Below, one piece after another: positions 38,176 to 49,080 of a stretch of 64,000 bases of DNA; position 1 is the stretch's first letter; each line of letters begins with the position of its first letter. The notes below the pieces were generated by a model. The model saw nothing but the letters and a program-made list of their open reading frames with translations, did no database searches and was not told where the DNA came from. The DNA lies in the NCBI RefSeq assembly GCF_004010195.1, contig NC_057760.1, positions 540,432 to 604,431 on the forward strand, written 5' to 3'. This DNA is from Chiloscyllium plagiosum. Taxonomy: Eukaryota. The position numbers were made by a program, and so were the translations under genes.

Positions 38176-38581
38176 TGTTCTTATCAACAGACATGCAGTT
38201 AAAAACATACTTGACCATTTCCATATATGTATTACATCCAGTGATAGAGATCGCATTAACCTAATTTTAGGTTTTGCTGTTATTTAGAGGCGACTTTATT
38301 TTTATGTCATTAGCTTACAGTCAATAATAACACCATCTGGGACAGGGAGAGAGGGAGAGGGAGAGGGAGGAGAGACCAAGACTATGACAGAGTGAGAAAT
38401 TCAGAGAGGGAACCAGATGTTACTTTAATATATTAAATGGGGATTTTTTTGTTACAAGTGTAACAAGCCAACTGTCTTTCCAGAAACCTCCACTACCTAA
38501 CATTTTTCTCTCCCAATCTCTTTCTTCCATCCCAACTCACCGTTGCCCCTCCCTATTTTACTATTTGCGGCTCATCACTTA

Positions 38582-39081
38582 NNNNNNNNNNNNNNNNNNN
38601 NNNNNNNNNNNNNNNNNNNNNNNNNNNNNNNNNNNNNNNNNNNNNNNNNNNNNNNNNNNNNNNNNNNNNNNNNNNNNNNNNNNNNNNNNNNNNNNNNNNN
38701 NNNNNNNNNNNNNNNNNNNNNNNNNNNNNNNNNNNNNNNNNNNNNNNNNNNNNNNNNNNNNNNNNNNNNNNNNNNNNNNNNNNNNNNNNNNNNNNNNNNN
38801 NNNNNNNNNNNNNNNNNNNNNNNNNNNNNNNNNNNNNNNNNNNNNNNNNNNNNNNNNNNNNNNNNNNNNNNNNNNNNNNNNNNNNNNNNNNNNNNNNNNN
38901 NNNNNNNNNNNNNNNNNNNNNNNNNNNNNNNNNNNNNNNNNNNNNNNNNNNNNNNNNNNNNNNNNNNNNNNNNNNNNNNNNNNNNNNNNNNNNNNNNNNN
39001 NNNNNNNNNNNNNNNNNNNNNNNNNNNNNNNNNNNNNNNNNNNNNNNNNNNNNNNNNNNNNNNNNNNNNNNNNNNNNNNNN
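38582..39081. other. Assembly gap (500 N)
   Basis: N run. Confidence 1.
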
Positions 39082-39124
39082 TCGGTGTTATCCGTTCTCT
39101 CCTACCCAGACAGGGGTGTGTCAG

Positions 39125-42100
39125 CGGACCAGGATTACATTGAGGAAGCTCCAGGTCACAGTGAAGAAGACCAGCAACACGGTGAACCAGACCGCGATCA
39201 CGGTGAAGCAGATCGGGATCACGGTGAAGGAGGTCTGGATTATGGTGAAGGAGGTCTGGATTATGGTGAAGCAGACCGGGATCACGGTGAAGGAGGTCTG
39301 GATTATGGTGAAGGAGACCGGGATCACGGTGAAGGAGACCGGGATCACGGTGAAGCAGATCGGGATCACGGTGAAGCAGATCGGGATCACGGTGAAGGAG
39401 ACCGGATCACGGTGAAGCAGCTCGGGATCACATTGAAGCAGACCAGGACCTCATAGAAGCAGATCGGGATCACATTGATACAGACCAGGATCACATAGAA
39501 GCAGATCGGGATCACGGTGAAGCAGACCAGGATCACGGATCGGGATCACGGTGAAGCAGACCAGGATCACAGAAGCAGATCGGGATCACGGTGAAGCAGA
39601 CCAGGATCACATACAAGCAGATCAAGATCACAGTAAAGCAGACCGGGATCACAGCGAAGCAAACTGGGACCATGTTGAAGCAAATTGGGATCACGGTGAA
39701 GCAGACCGGGATTACACTGAAGCAAATTGGGATCACGGTGCAGCTCACCAGGCTCACATTGATGCAGATCAGAATCACTGTGAAGCAGACCAGGATCATT
39801 GTGAAGCCGATTGGGATCACAGTGAAGCAGACCAGGATCACAGTGAAAGAGACGGGGATCATATAGAAGCAGATCGGGATCACAGTAAAGCAGACCAAGA
39901 TCACATAGAAACAGATCGGGATCACGGTGAAGCAGACCAGGATCACATACAAGCAGATCAAGATCACAGTTAAGCAGACCAGGATCACATAGAAACAGAT
40001 CGGGATCATGGTGAAACAGATCAGGATCACATACAAGCAGATCAAGATCACAGTAAAGCAGATCGGGATCACAGAAGCAGATCGGGTTCACGGTGAAGCA
40101 GATCGGGTTCACGGTGAAGTAGACCGGGATCACGGTGAAGCAGATCGGGATCACGGTGAAGCAGATTGGCATCACGGTGAAGCAGATTGGCATCATGGTG
40201 AAGCAGATCGGGTTCACGGTGAAGCAGATCGGGTTCAGGGGGAAGCAGATCAGGATCACGGTGAAGCAGATAGGGTTCATAGTGAAGCAGATTGGCATCA
40301 CGGTGAAACAGATCGGGTTCAGGGGGAAGCAGATCGGGTTCACGGTGAAGCAGATCGGGATCACGGTGAAGCAGATCGGGATCACGGTGAAGCAGATCGG
40401 GTTCACGGTGAAGCAGATCGGGTTCACGGTGAAGCAGATTGGCATCATGGTGAAGCAGATCGGGTTCAGGGGGAAGCAGATCGGGTTCATAGTGAAGCAG
40501 ATCGGGTTCATGGTGAAGCAGATCGGGTTCACGGTGAAGCAGATCGGGATCACGGTGAAGCAGATCAGGTTCATGGTGAAGCAGATCGGGTTCATGGTGA
40601 AGCAGATCGGGATCACGGTGAAGCAGATCGGGTTCACGGTGAAGCAGATTGGCATCATGGTGAAGCAGATCGGGTTCAGGGGGAAGCAGATCGGGTTCAT
40701 AGTGAAGCAGATCGGGTTCATGGTGAAGCAGATCGGGATCACGGTGAAGCAGATCAGGTTCATGGTGAAGCAGATCGGGTTCATGGTGAAGCAGATCGGG
40801 TTCATGGTGAAGCAGACCGGGTTCACGGTGAAGCAGATAGGGTTCACGGTGAAGCAGATCGGGTTCAGGGGGAAGCAGATTGGGATCATAGTGAAGCAGA
40901 TCGGGTTCACAATTAAACAGACCGGGACCACACTGAAGTAGACCAGGACCACTCTGAAGCAGATCGGGTTCACGGTGAAGCAGACCAGGATCTCTTTAGA
41001 ACTGGTCAGGATCACAGTGAGGCAGACTAGGATCACAGTGAAGGAGACTGGGATCACAGTGAAGCAGACCAGGATCACATTGAAGCAGACCAGGATCACA
41101 TTGAAGCATATCAGGATCACAGTGAAGCACACCAGGATCATGTTGATGCACATTAGGATCACTGTGAATCAGACCAGGATCTCTATGAAGGAGACCTGGA
41201 TCACAGTGAAGCGGACTGGGATCACATTGATGCACATTGGGATCACTGTGAATCAGATCTGGATCACAGTGAAGCAGACTGGGATCACATTGAAGCAGAT
41301 CAGGACCACATTAAAGCAGATTGGGATCATGGTGAAGTAGATCGGGACCACATTGAAGTTGATTAGGACCACACTGAAACAGACCGGGACCACACTGAAA
41401 CAGACCGGGACCAGATTGAAGCAGATTGGGAGCACGCTGAAGCAGATCGGGTTCACGCTGAAGCAGATCGGGTTCACGGTGAAGCAGATCGGGTTCAAGC
41501 TGAAGCAGATTGGGTTCACGCTGAAGCAGATCGGGATCTCATTGAATCTAGGTTGGGATCACGGTGAAGCAGACCAGGATCACAGTGAAGCAGACCAGAA
41601 TCACGTTAATGCACAATGGGATCACTGTGAATCAGACCAGGACCAATGTGAAGGAGACCGGGGTCATGGTGAAGCCCACTGGGATCACATTGAAGCAGAT
41701 CGGGATCACATTGAAGCAAATTAGGATCATGGTGAAGCCATCACATTGATGCACATTTGGATCACAGTGAAGAAGACCAGGATCAGAATGAAGCAGACCA
41801 GGATCACATTGAGGCAGATCGGGATCACAGTGAAGCAGACCAGAATCACAGTGAAGAAGACCAGGATCACACTGAGGCAGATCAGAATCATGGTGAAGAA
41901 GATTGGAATCCCGGTGAAACAGACCGAGATCACTGTAAAGAAGACCAGGATCACAGTAAAAAAGGCGCATCGTTACGAGGCAGACTGGGATCACAGTGAG
42001 AAAGACTGGCATCGTGGTGAAGATGACCGGGCTGATGGTGATGCAGATTGGGATCATGGTGGAAAAAACAGGTTCAAGGTGAAACAGACCAGGTTCACAG

Positions 42101-42190
42101 GGAACCAGACTGAGATTACAGTGAAGAAGTGCAGGATCACAGTGAAGCAAACTGGGATCACAGTGAAAAAGATTAGGATCAAGGTGAAGC
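39125..42190. repeat. 21-bp minisatellite, consensus GGATCACGGTGAAGCAGATCG, about 145 units
   Basis: Directly visible periodicity; homogeneous core about 40075-40910, more diverged flanks. Confidence 0.98.
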
Positions 42191-43130
42191 GTAAAAGAAA
42201 GAAATCGCTGGAGACACTTAACAGGTCTGGAAACATCTGTGCAGAGAAATCAGAGTTAATGTTTCAACTCCTGTGACCCTTCTTCAGAAGTGATGGTAGC
42301 TAGGTAAAGGTCAGTTTTTATGCAGAAATTAGGGTGAGGGGAAATGGGTAAGTAGTAAATGATAGAGCCCAAAGAAAAACAGTGGATAACAGCCAGCAAA
42401 GGGGAATTAGTAGCTACTAATGGAGACTATTAGTGGCTAACAATGAGTTGTGTGTAATAGAAGACTATGTGATAATAAGGTCTGGTTTGTGGATGTGGGG
42501 GAAAGCATGGGAGAAGGTGCTGAAGCCCTAAAATTGTTGAACTAGATGTTGAGTCCAGAAGGTTGTAGAGTTTCCAAGCAGAAAATGAGGTGTCATTCTT
42601 CCAGCTCACACTGAACTTCACTGGAGCACTGTAGCAAACCTAAGACAGGGATGTTATCCAAAGAAACATGGTGGCAGGCAACTGGAAGCTCGGAATCATT
42701 TTTACAGACAGAATGTAGGTGTTCTGCGAAGCAGTCACCCAGTCTACACTTTGTTTTGCCAATGTAGATGAGACCACATTGTGAGCAGCTAGTGCAGTAT
42801 ACTACATTGATTGACGTGCACGTAAATCAATGCTTTACCTGAAAGGTATGTTTGGGCTCTTGGATTCTGAGGAGGGAGGAAGTAAACAGAAGGTGCTACA
42901 CCTTGTGTGGTTACAGGGGAAGATGCCACGAGGCTGTGGGGAGGCATTGGGAGTGAAGGAAGAGTGGACCAGTGTGTCTGCAGGGAATGGTCCCTGCGGA
43001 AGCTGGACAAGGGAAGGGAATATATGTCTTTTGGTGGCATTCCACTGGAGGTAACAGAAATGGCAACTAATGACCCTCTGGATGTAGATGTTGGTAGCAT
43101 GGTACATAAGGAAAGGCACCAGGGTCAAGT
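42190..43130 (-). mobile_element. Penelope-like retroelement 3' fragment (decayed GIY-YIG endonuclease plus terminal repeat)
   Basis: The minus strand translates to ...FPCNHTRCSTF... and TFQVKH*FTCTSINVVYCTSCSQCGLIYIGKTKCRLGDCFAEHL (VVY-YIG-T..L..F.EH). A decayed CUGAAGA..GAAAC motif lies near 42260-42290. Confidence 0.8.
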
Positions 43131-43289
43131 AGGCTGGGATCAGGTAAAATAAAACAAGGAATTAAGGTATCACAACGTGACCACCAGAGGATAGACTTGT
43201 AAGGTGGCCAAACTTGAGCTAGAAATCTAAAACTAAAACAAATTACTCGAGAATCTCAGCAGGTGTGGCAGCATTGTGGTAGGAATAAC

Positions 43290-43800
43290 AATCGGAAAGA
43301 TGTTGTGAAACTTGAAAGGGTTCTGAAAAGATTTACAAGGATGTTGCCAGAGTTGGAGGATCTGAGCTACAGGGAGAGGCTGAACAGACTGGGGCTGTTT
43401 TCCCTGGAGCATCGGAGGCTGAGGGGAGACCTTATAGAGGTTTACAAAATTATGAGGGGCATGGATAGGATAAATAGACAAAGTCTTTTCCCAGGGGTCG
43501 GGGAGTCCAGAATTAGAGGGCATAGGTTTGGGGTGAGAGGGGAAAGATATAAAAGAAACCTAAGGGGCAACATTTTCACGCAGAGGGTGGTACGTGCATG
43601 GAATGAGCTGCCAGAGGATGTGGTTGAGGCTGGTACAATTGCAACATTTAAGAGGCATTTGGATGGGTATATGAATAGGAAGAGTTTGGAGGGATATGGG
43701 CTGGGTGCTGGCAGGTGGGACTAGTTTGGGTTGGGATATCTGGTCGGCATGGACGGGTTGGACCGAAGGGCCCGTTTCCGTGCTATATGTCTCGATGTCT
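43290..43800 (+). mobile_element. CR1 LINE 3' end, young
   Basis: Uninterrupted [10 protein letters not shown]...GAGRWD* and 3' UTR. Confidence 0.92.
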
Positions 43801-43819
43801 CTATTTAAGTGGTGAAAAC

Positions 43820-44530
43820 TGCCGCTGTGCAGAGGGATCTGTGTGTCCGTGTGCCTGAATCACAAAAAGTTGATTTTGCAAGTGCAGCATGTTATGAAGA
43901 CGCTAAATGGGATATCGTCCTTCATTGCTAGAGGGATGGAGTTTTAAAACAGGGAGGTTATGCTGCAGCTGTATGGGGTGATGGTGAGGCTGCCCCTGGA
44001 ATTTGGGTCTCCTTACTTGAGAAAGGATGTACTAGCACTGGACAGGGTGCAGAGGAGGTTCATTAGGTTGATTCCAGAGTTGAAATAATTGGCTTATAAG
44101 GAGAGATTGTGAAGACTGGGACTATGCTCATTGAAATTTAGAAGAATGAGGTGATACCTTACAGAAAGTTTTAAAATTATGAAGGGAATCGATCAGCTAG
44201 TAGCAGGGAGGCTGATTCCACTGGTGGATGAAAGTAGTACGAGGGGACATCGCCTCAAAATAAGTGGCAACAGGTTTAGGTCTGAGTTGAGGAGGAGCTT
44301 CTTCTAAAGGGTTGTGAATCTATGTAATTCCCTGCCCAGTGAAGCAGTTGAGGTTTCCTCGTTGAATTTTTTTTAAGGCAAAGATAGGCTTTTGAACAGT
44401 AAAGGGATTAAGGATTATGTTGTTCAGACAGCTAAGTGGAGCTGATTCCATGAAAAGATCAGCCATGATCTTATTAAATGGTGGAGCAAGCTCAAGAACC
44501 AGATTGTCTACTCCCGTTGCTCTTTCTTAT
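43820..44530 (+). mobile_element. CR1 LINE 3' part (same subfamily as 24290-24940)
   Basis: Shares AAAACAGGGAGGTTATGCTGCAGCTGTAT and TCCCTGCCCAGTGAAGCAGTTGAGG with that copy. Confidence 0.88.
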
Positions 44531-45035
44531 GAAGCAGACTGAAACAGGCCTGGATCCCCATGAAACAGACAAGGATAACTATGAAGTAGGCCAGAATCAT
44601 CACAATTCAGGACTTGATAACCAAGAAGTAGAGTGGATTCCCCACAAATCTGGAATCGCTGCCGAGTTTACTAGTAACATCATGAGACAGACTGTAATCA
44701 AGGAGGAGAAAGTGAGGACTGCAGATGCTGGAGAGTCAGAGTGGAAAAGTGTGACACTGGAAAAGCACAGTAGATCAGGGAGCATCCAAGTAGAAGAGTT
44801 GACGTTTCGGGTTTCAGCCTTTCATCAGGACTGTGATTGAGGTGAACTAGAACAGAATCACCTAAACACAGTTCAGGATCACCAGATTGGGATCACTGCA
44901 GAATGTACCAGGCCGACAGCAAAGAAGGCTAGAATCACCACAAAGCAGTCTGGGATCAGTGAAAAACAGACTGGGATCACCGCAAAGCCAGTTGGATCAC
45001 CTTGAAGCAGATTGGGATCCCTGAAGAGCAGACTG
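44528..45035. repeat. Degenerate continuation of the 21-bp minisatellite
   Basis: GAAGCAGACTG, GGGATCACC..AAAGCC and GAAGCAGATTGGGATCCC units, split by the 44700-44835 insert. Confidence 0.7.
44700..44835 (-). mobile_element. Short Penelope-like terminal fragment with a hammerhead core
   Basis: Minus strand AGUC-CUGAUGA-AAGGCUGAAACCC-GAAA-CGUC-AACU at about 44797-44832, followed by a repeat tail ending CCAGCATCTGCAGTCCTCAC. Confidence 0.6.
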
Positions 45036-45094
45036 AAACTGGTTGCCACACTTAAAGCTGAAAGACACACACACCAATGCCGAGGTTGTGAGTA

Positions 45095-45370
45095 TAGCAC
45101 TGCTGCCTCACAGCGCCAGAGACCGGGGTTCAATTCCCGCCTCAGGCAACTGTCTGTGTGGAGTTTGTACATTCTCCCCCTGTCTGCGTGGGTTTCCTCC
45201 CATGGTCACAAAGATGTGCAGGTTAGGTGAATTGGCCATGCTAAATTGCCCGTAGTGTTAGGTGAAGGGGTAAATGTAGGGGGAATGGGTCTGGGTGGGT
45301 TGCTCTTCGGAAGATTGGTGTTGACTGTTGGGCCGAAGGGCCTGTTTCTACACTGTAAGTAATCTAATCA
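45095..45370 (+). mobile_element. HE1-type SINE (5'-clipped)
   Basis: B-box GGTTCAATTCC, core, AATCTAATC tail. Confidence 0.85.
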
Positions 45371-46549
45371 CATACAAACACACACAGCCCCCCACTAAAG
45401 GAATGCACTGCCAGACAGGATCCCAGAGTTGAGGTGGATATATTTAAAAGGTGAATTGTACTGGTATCACAACATAATCACCAGATGATGGATTTGTGCC
45501 CACAACAGTGATTCTCAAGCTGCGGAGCCGGTGACCTAGCCTGTAGTATCCACTCACCTCCGACAGATAAAAGTAGATTGTGTGTTAGCGACAGGAGGCA
45601 GAGTACAACAGCAAGAAAGTCTATATAAATACTTATTCGGTCTTGACTACAGTCCTGCATCTTCAGGAAGGACATGATCAGCTTTAGAGGGAGAAAATGC
45701 ATAAAAGATTTGTGAGAATAGTTCCGAGAATGAGAGACTTCAGTGATGAGGATAGATCAGATAAAGTACACTGCTCTCTTTGGAAAAAGGAAGAGATTCT
45801 GTTGAGATGTTAAAAGCCATCAGGGATCTGAACAGAGTGGATTCCTACTGGTGGAAGGATCAAAAGACAGATTGAAGGTAATTGGCAAAGGCGACATGAA
45901 GAGAAACATTATTGTGCACAGCGAATGGTTGTGGTCTGGGATGCGCTGTCCATTGAATCAAAAGGGAATTGGATCATTATCCAAAAGGGATAGAGAGTGT
46001 GAGGCTACAGGAAAGAGGTGTGTAAATTACTCCTTCAGAGAATTAGCACTGATACAACAGACTCAGTCGTTACCTTGTGCCATAACTGTCCTCTGATAAT
46101 GAATATGCTCCAGCGGGAAGAACAGCAATGACAACCAACAATAGCTGGCTGGAACCTGCACATACTTTTGGGAAGTCTGACTGACTAATGTGCATTTCTC
46201 TAATGCCTTTCTCACCCTCAAGACAGGTCAAGACATCTGCGCCCTTGAGCCTGTTCTGGCACTTATAACCACCGATCCGCCTGCGTCCACAGCTCCCATT
46301 GACCTCTTGACTCCTTTGTAGTTAAGAATTTCGATCTTAAAGATATTCAGTGACTACTCCTCCACCACCGTCCACCAGTGATTAACACAAAGTCACGAAT
46401 GTCTGAGAGAAATTTTCATCTCAATCTCAACTTCACATCCTCTTATTAACTGCGTCCTCCAGATCTAGACACTGGGGACATTCCCTCAGGATCCTATCTG
46501 GTGTGATGTCTTATCTTGGAAGGAATTTACTGATGATAGTGTGACTCAC

Positions 46550-46860
46550 TAATAGTGCAGTACTCCTTCACAATCAACACGCTGCAGTACTCCCTCAGTA
46601 CTGACCCTACAACAGTGCAACACCCAATTAGCACTGATCACCTGACAATGCAGCACTCCCTCAGCGTTGACCCTCTGTTGATGCAGCGCTTCCTCAGTGC
46701 TGACCCAGGGACAGTGCGGTGTTCCCTCAGCATTGACCCTTCAACAGCACGGCACTGTCTCAGCACTGAACCTCTGACATTGACCATTTGCTCAGCGCTG
46801 GCCCTCCAACAGTACCCACTTCCTCAGCACTGACCCTCAGACAGTGTGGCACTTTCTTGG
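46550..46860 (+). repeat. About 33-bp tandem repeat (CAGTGCAGCACTCCCTCAGCACTGACCCT..), SINE-derived
   Basis: About 9 units; related arrays at 55250-55470 (opposite strand), 58370-58450 and 29890-29990. Confidence 0.85.
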
Positions 46861-47849
46861 TGAGCCAGGCTGAATTCCCAAGTGCTAGGTGCAGGGCTTA
46901 AAACCCAGAAGGGAGCTGAGCTGCCTCTTTTCCTGTTTCCCCTCGATAACACAAGGGGTTAACAACAAAGGATAGAACAAGGGCTGAGCGAGTTAGGATG
47001 GCAGCTGGTGCTGTCAGATTTTGATATTGTGTTGAGCACATGGGAGTGGGGAGTGCTGAATGGGGAGGGGATGAGCTGGAGTAGGGGCTGCAAACACTTA
47101 GATCAATCAGATGCCAGTCCGTGACCCATTCTCACCACCCCCACCCCTATCCCCTCCAGCTTTACCAGCTTCCCCACCTTGCCCTGTCACTCCAGTTTAC
47201 ATTTGATTTTGAAACCATCACAGCGCAGGGGCAGTGCTGGACTTGTTCTTGAATCCACAGACTGTGAATTTCCACGGTTAGGGGTCTGGGAGGAGGGTAA
47301 GCTAGAGAAGAATGAAGGAGCGAGCCTCCTGCACCATTCTACACTTCATCCCGACTGACATGTATTCGCTCTCTGCCTGTCTGTGTTCCCTTTGCAACTT
47401 GATCTGACCTGAATGCTTCTAACTCTCTGGATTCCCTGTGTCTGAATTTAAAACATTGCATCCCCTCCACTTGTGCCTGCTGCTGGATGTTCCTCTAACC
47501 CAATCTCATTGATTCCTCATGTAATTCCCACAGACAAAAACCATAATTAATTCATAATGCCCTGTATTCCAGGAAGTATTTGCCACGTTTAAGTCGCCTC
47601 ACTTTGTAATCTAGACTATAATCTACATTTTGGTGAATTAGCACTGGACTCCCTACAAAGCCAATAGGGAGTGTGGTGTTCACAGTAGGTCAGGACTGGT
47701 CTAGCCTCTTAGTCCCCATACCATTCAGCAACCCATGTGCACCTTTCCCACAGTGAGGTGTTACTGGAGCAGGAATGATTTTCAGATTCTCCATTCCTAT
47801 TTACAGATAGCTTGTGATTCCTTTTTCCTCCCTGACATCACCCACACGA

Positions 47850-48385
47850 TATCTGCAATGCTCTTCTGTAACATCCTCCAGCCCCTACACTCCTCCTTGT
47901 CTCTGTCACCTCTGACCCATACACCCCTTTATCTCTGTCACCTCCTCCAGCCCCTACACACTCCCTATCTCTGCAAGCTCCATCAGGCCCTAAACCCCTC
48001 CTGGTCTCTCCAGCCCTTAGATCATTCCTGGTCTCTGTCACCTCTTCCAGCCCTTGCACCCCTTCCAGTCTCTTTCACCTCCTCCAGGCCCTACACCCCT
48101 CCCCATCACTGTAACCTCCAGCATCTACACCCGTCCCAATCTGTGTCACCTTCTCCAGCATCTACACCCCTTCCCTTTCTCTGTAATCTCCTCCGGCTCC
48201 GACACCCCCTCACTATCCCTGTCACCTCCTCCAGACCCTAAACTCCTCCTCGTCTCTGTCACCTGTTCCAGCCCCTGCACCCCCTGCCTATTTCTGTAAC
48301 CTCCTCCAGACACTACATCCCTCCCTAACTCAGTTACCTCCTCCCAGCCCTTACATCCCTCTAAAACTCTGTCAGCTCCTCCAGT
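47850..48385 (+). repeat. About 37-bp pyrimidine-rich tandem repeat (CTCTGTCACCTCCTCCAGCCCCTACACCCCT..), L2-derived
   Basis: About 14 diverged units. Confidence 0.85.
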
Positions 48386-48419
48386 TGTAGTTAATGAGCA
48401 GATCAAGGGGATGGGATTA

Positions 48420-49080
48420 GGATCCATGTCCATAGATCCCTCAAAGTTGCCACCAAGTTGATAGGGTTGTTAAGATGTTGTATGGTGTGTTGGCCTTCGT
48501 TAGCGGGGGATTGACTTTAAGAGCTCTGAGGTTATGCTGCCACTCTATAGAGTCCTGGTTGGATCATACTTGGAATATTGTGTTCAGTTCTGGTGGTCTC
48601 ATTTTAGGAAGGATGTGGAAGCTTTAGAGAGGGTACAGAGGAGATTTACCAGGATGCAGCCTGGACTGGAGGGCATGTCTTATGTAGAAAGGTTGAGAGA
48701 GCTAGGGCTTTTCTCATTGGAGCGAAGAAAGATGAGAGGTGACCTGATACAAAATGATGAGCAGCATAGATACAGTGAATAGTGAGACTCTTTTTCTCAG
48801 GGCAGAAATGTCTATCACAAGGGGGCACAATTTAAAAGTGATTGGAGGAAAGTTTAGGGGAGATATCAGAGGTCAGTTCTTTACTCGGAGAGTGATGGAT
48901 GCGTGGAATGCACTGCCGCAATGGTAGTAGAGTCAGATGTATTAAGGACTTTTAAGCAACTCTTGGATAGGCACATGGATGATAGTAAAATGAAAGGTAT
49001 GTAGGTTGGTTTGATCTTGGAGGAAGATAAAAGGTCGGCACAAATCAAGGGCCTGTACTGTGCTGTACTGTTCTATGTTC
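48420..49080 (+). mobile_element. CR1 LINE 3' part
   Basis: [24 protein letters not shown]; tail TGTTCTATGTTC. Confidence 0.9.

Noticed and set aside
39125..42190. CRISPR-like array
   Set aside because: Units are contiguous with no unique spacers; eukaryotic context; no cas genes.
39085..42276. Long ORFs (up to 531 aa) in the 21-bp array as a His/Asp-rich or hydrophobic repeat protein
   Set aside because: Open frames occur on both strands simply because the unit is a stop-free multiple of 3. Shortened units (near 39405, 39570, 40070) and stops break the frames, and there is no unique domain or splice context.
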